29,952 nt of DNA, taken from assembly GCA_039586365.1 (NCBI GenBank), contig JBDHKN010000062.1:1-29952 (forward strand), in the 5' to 3' direction. Below are positions 27,067 through 29,952 of this stretch, in pieces; the stretch's first letter is position 1; every line of letters starts with the position of its first letter. A program made the translations under genes and the position numbers. The notes under the pieces were generated by a model, which did no database searches, was not told the origin of the DNA, and saw only the letters and a list, made by a program, of their open reading frames with translations. Origin of the DNA: Gemmatimonadota bacterium. Lineage in GTDB: Bacteria; Gemmatimonadota; Gemmatimonadetes; Gemmatimonadales; GWC2-71-9.

Positions 27067-27576
27067 ATGTCCGAGGAGAACGCCGAGGATACTCGAAGCA
27101 ATCGGAGCGCAGAGTACGGTCATCTAGTGTCCATGGTGCAATACGAGGGCAACCTACTCTGGACTGTCCTCGGGGCCTTCCTGGTTGCGGAGGCGGTGCT
27201 CCTGGGACTCCTCGGTAGCTCGATGGCAGACGTCTCCGGTGAGGGAGCCCTCTGTCGCTGGGACCCTCTGGTCTTTGTTGGAGGTATCCTCGGACTACTT
27301 GTCTGCGTGCCTTGGTGGGCCTGCTATCACCGCAACTCAACATACTATGAGTTCCGAATGGCACAGGCGAGACGGTTAGAAGATGATCTGTCGTACGACA
27401 TATTGAGCAGTGGGAAGAAGCTGAGTGAGGGTCATTGGGTCCCCATGGATGGCCGGTGCTACAGAATGCCATGGATGAGCCGGACCCTTCGCACTAGGCG
27501 ATCGGGCCGGGCCCTGATAGTGCTGTTCGGCGTCGCGTTTGCTGCTCTGATCGTGGTCAGCGGACCATGGTGGTAG
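27067..27576 (+). CDS. Small membrane protein (about 3 TM helices), island cargo of unknown function
   Basis: 169 aa; hydrophobic segments LLWTVLGAFLVAEAVLLGLL, LVFVGGILGLLVCVPWW, ALIVLFGVAFAALIVV; converges on the integrase with a 20-bp overlap. Confidence 0.68.
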   Translation: MSEENAEDTRSNRSAEYGHLVSMVQYEGNLLWTVLGAFLVAEAVLLGLLGSSMADVSGEGALCRWDPLVFVGGILGLLVCVPWWACYHRNSTYYEFRMAQARRLEDDLSYDILSSGKKLSEGHWVPMDGRCYRMPWMSRTLRTRRSGRALIVLFGVAFAALIVVSGPWW

Positions 27577-28852
27577 GCGATCGAACGGCGATGAGCCGAT
27601 CGCCGAGCTTCTCTTCGAACTGCTCAACCCGATACTCGACGTGCTCTGATCGATGACGGACTTGCCCGAGGTGTCCATAGACGCGGTGGATCATGGTATG
27701 ACCGCCGTGCCCCAGTTCGCGGGCAACCGTGTACTCGGATACCGGCGCGCCGCCGTCGAGATTCTGCAACCGCGCAGCGGTATAGGTGTGTCGGAACATC
27801 TTCGAGCGGATCGCTCCAGGTAGCTTCCAGCCAGAACGTGCCGCTACGGCATCGAGCAGTTTCCGAAAGTCAACGACCATCGCTTCGCGGCCCGTCTTGA
27901 ACGACGGGAAGAGCAACTGACCGGGCGGGCCGTCGGCACCAAAGACGTATTCGCGGAGAATCTCTTCAAGCTGAGGCCATATCGGTACCGACCTATGAGA
28001 TGTTCCCGTTTTCAGTCGTCGCCACCTGTTAGGCCGAAACGTGACCGTCTTTCGGTCGAAGCTTACGTCCTCCAGCTCCAGCCCCAGGATCTCACTTTTG
28101 CGACCGCCAGTCAGTAGGAAAGTTGCGATAAGCGGGTAAGCGAAGGGACTGTGGGTGTTGTGAAGATCAGGCCTCACTTCATGCAGTCGTGCAGCCTCAA
28201 GAAGCAACGCGGCCTCGTGAACCTCCAGCCAACGGGCCTCTTCTCTCTTCGCGACCGGCTTCTCAAGCAGGCTGGCCACCGGATTGAAGCCAGGGAGTAC
28301 GTATCCCTCGCTTGCAGCACGGCGATAAAGATTCGACAAAGCGCTTAGATGATGTCTCACAGTACCTGGTGTGAGGGTCTTGACCCTCCTCGGCTTGTCG
28401 CTCTCTTCCTTGGTCTGCTTTGCGAAGTTCGTCACCTGTAAGTAGTTCGTGTATTGTCGGACATCCTCGACGGTGATGCTGGCGAGATCTCGATCAGCTC
28501 CGAGGAAATCGACAGCGCGTTGCAGGAAGATCTCGATGCACTCAAGCCAGTCGTCGGTGACCGTGCCGGACTTGGCCTTTGCGATAAGATGGAGTGATGC
28601 GAACTCGGCGAGTCCAGCCTCCTTGTTGATGCCGTGAACGGCCCTACCGCGTCTCTTGGCGTCGAGCTCCTCAAGTCGGCGAGCAGCCAGAACCTGCGCC
28701 ACCGAAGGATCCGAGGTCGCACGTTTCTCCCCTGGAGCTATGAGCGTCTCTCTGCCACCGCCGACGTCTGCGTAGTCTCTGAAGTCAGCATAGAAACGCT
28801 TCACGCCGCCGCGCTGGCGGGTGTAAAGTCGGGTCTTACGGTTCCTAGGCAT
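27557..28852 (-). CDS. int: Tyrosine recombinase/integrase
   Basis: SD AGGAGG; TGGRKSE (Arg), LKT (Lys), KMFRHTY (Arg), ELGH (His), RVYGH (Tyr); SAM-like core-binding region. Confidence 0.93.
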   Translation of the reverse strand: MPRNRKTRLYTRQRGGVKRFYADFRDYADVGGGRETLIAPGEKRATSDPSVAQVLAARRLEELDAKRRGRAVHGINKEAGLAEFASLHLIAKAKSGTVTDDWLECIEIFLQRAVDFLGADRDLASITVEDVRQYTNYLQVTNFAKQTKEESDKPRRVKTLTPGTVRHHLSALSNLYRRAASEGYVLPGFNPVASLLEKPVAKREEARWLEVHEAALLLEAARLHEVRPDLHNTHSPFAYPLIATFLLTGGRKSEILGLELEDVSFDRKTVTFRPNRWRRLKTGTSHRSVPIWPQLEEILREYVFGADGPPGQLLFPSFKTGREAMVVDFRKLLDAVAARSGWKLPGAIRSKMFRHTYTAARLQNLDGGAPVSEYTVARELGHGGHTMIHRVYGHLGQVRHRSEHVEYRVEQFEEKLGDRLIAVRSPTTMVR

Positions 28853-28886
28853 CGTTGCCTCCTGACCTTTGGCCGCTGCGGGCCGA

Positions 28887-29573
28887 CTAATGGCTCTTCT
28901 TTGCGCGCTTGGGTCCCTTCCTTTGGATCCGTGCCCGGTCGTCTGGCTTCGGCACTCGCGAGAGCAGTAGCATGACCGGGACCATGCTCATGAGATACCG
29001 CTGGACCTCGTCGCTTTCCAGTGTGTTGGGGTCAACCTTGAGGGCCTCTAGAGGTGCCATTAGCGCTTGCCCGATCTCATGACCCAGTCGACGATCATCC
29101 GGCAATTCTACTTCATCGGTGGTCTCGGCGCCCGGATGCCTCCACTGCCAGAACCACCGCTGACGGAAGACATGCACGAGCGATGGCATGACGGCCCAGG
29201 ATCGTGGCATTCGGAAGTTCATTCCGGTGCATATTGCTGACTCGATCTCGAGCAGTCGCTTGTACTCTTCTCGGCTGGAGGCGTCTCCAGCTCCATCGCG
29301 GGAGATCCAGGCATGCGGCTGGTCCTCCGCGCTCTCCTCGACAATCGATTTCCTGCCTTCGCCTGTGACGAGCCATGTCTCTGATACGTTCAATAGCATG
29401 GCTGCGGCGCGGAGGAACTCAAGCGGCGGTTCGGCTTCACCACGCACATACCTCCGCACGTTGATGTAACTCCTCCCACGTACTCCCGTAGCCTGTATTG
29501 CTGAGTGCAGCTTGCGGATGCTCCAATCCGCATCGTGCATCGCTTCCTGTAGTCGTTCAGTGACTGAGGACAT
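28887..29573 (-). CDS. XRE/Cro-CI-like HTH regulator with unrecognised C-terminal domain
   Basis: ATG 29573 after AGGAG; ERLQEAM...SIRKL...VRRYVRGEAEPPLEFLRAAAMLLNVSETWLVTGEG matches an HTH_3/CI N-terminus. Confidence 0.8.
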   Translation of the reverse strand: MSSVTERLQEAMHDADWSIRKLHSAIQATGVRGRSYINVRRYVRGEAEPPLEFLRAAAMLLNVSETWLVTGEGRKSIVEESAEDQPHAWISRDGAGDASSREEYKRLLEIESAICTGMNFRMPRSWAVMPSLVHVFRQRWFWQWRHPGAETTDEVELPDDRRLGHEIGQALMAPLEALKVDPNTLESDEVQRYLMSMVPVMLLLSRVPKPDDRARIQRKGPKRAKKSH

Positions 29574-29607
29574 CTGGAAACTCCTGAAGTCATTTGGTGG
29601 TTCACAA

Positions 29608-29648
29608 AATATACAGGTGCTAGACAATATTCGCAAGGAGTGTAGCTT
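29608..29648. promoter_or_regulatory. Overlapping divergent sigma70-like promoters
   Basis: Minus strand TTGCGA (29636-29631)-N17-TATATT (29613-29608); plus strand TAGACA (29621-29626)-N16-TAGCTT (29643-29648); locally AT-rich. Confidence 0.5.
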
Positions 29649-29680
29649 TAGTCCATTCCACAGCAGGAGTTGGCATCCCT

Positions 29681-29851
29681 ATGCAACAAGTCGCCGAAGT
29701 CATGCTCAGCCCGCACGACGTAGCTGTTCAGCTGAACCTGAGCGTGGCCACGATTTACCGACTTCTGGCCCGAGGTGAGATCAAGGCGGTCAAGCTCGGC
29801 GGGCAGTACAGAATTCGGCCCCAGGAAGTCGAGCGGATAGTCGGAGGCTGA
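29681..29851 (+). CDS. Excisionase-like HTH_17 DNA-binding protein (56 aa)
   Basis: Manual translation MQQVAEVMLSPHDVAVQLNLSVATIYRLLARGEIKAVKLGGQYRIRPQEVERIVGG; SD AGGAG; below the ORF-track size cut-off. Confidence 0.88.
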   Translation: MQQVAEVMLSPHDVAVQLNLSVATIYRLLARGEIKAVKLGGQYRIRPQEVERIVGG

Positions 29852-29952
29852 GTGCCTGAGCAGAACGCAGGTGCAAAGCTTCGCTGTGCCGCGGAACAGC
29901 TTCCACCAGGAGCGAGTATCTCGCTCACGCGTGAACAGCTGTTGGAGGCGCT
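29852..29952 (+). CDS. Hypothetical protein, 5' part; runs off the window
   Basis: GTG directly after the excisionase stop, GGAGG at 29843-29847, open to the end (MPEQNAGAKLRCAAEQLPPGASISLTREQLLEA). Confidence 0.55.
   Translation, partial: MPEQNAGAKLRCAAEQLPPGASISLTREQLLEA

Larger units (their letters stand above)
26893..29952. mobile_element. Left end of a tRNA-Ala-integrated element (genomic island, prophage or satellite); continues beyond the window
   Basis: Tyrosine integrase within 700 bp of the tRNA 3' end, followed by an XRE-like regulator and a divergent excisionase-like HTH gene. The second att copy is not in the window. Confidence 0.82.

Noticed and set aside
26802..27101. 99-aa minus-strand ORF across the tRNA
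   Set aside because: Antisense translation of the tRNA (GADGTRTHDPL...), a common artefact.

Overview
GC-rich bacterial chromosomal window; the gene repertoire (Ser/Thr kinase, BTAD regulator, many Ig-domain lipoproteins and peptidases) suggests Gemmatimonadota, which is an inference and not a search result. Left to right: the 5' end of a Ser/Thr kinase; a Cys-rich gene apparently split by a -1 frameshift; a BTAD/AAA regulator; a DedA-like membrane protein; and a translationally coupled four-gene minus-strand operon. That operon reads as the bacterial ceramide pathway (serine palmitoyltransferase, GNAT ceramide synthase, SDR ceramide reductase) plus an Aur1/IPC-synthase-like PAP2 protein, the best candidate here for an undescribed system (eukaryote-style head-group transfer onto ceramide). 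Next come a divergent PAP2 phosphatase, a ~13 kb cluster of exported peptidases (M6, S9, M8-like, gluzincin-like) and small lipoproteins including a possible dockerin/cohesin-like pair, nhaC, and a PAS-PAS-membrane protein. A UxxC peroxiredoxin-like selenoprotein with a SECIS-like hairpin is truncated by the ORF track. The window ends with tRNA-Ala(TGC) and the left end of an integrative element (membrane cargo gene, tyrosine integrase, XRE-like regulator, excisionase). All calls come from motif reading; no database searches were run.
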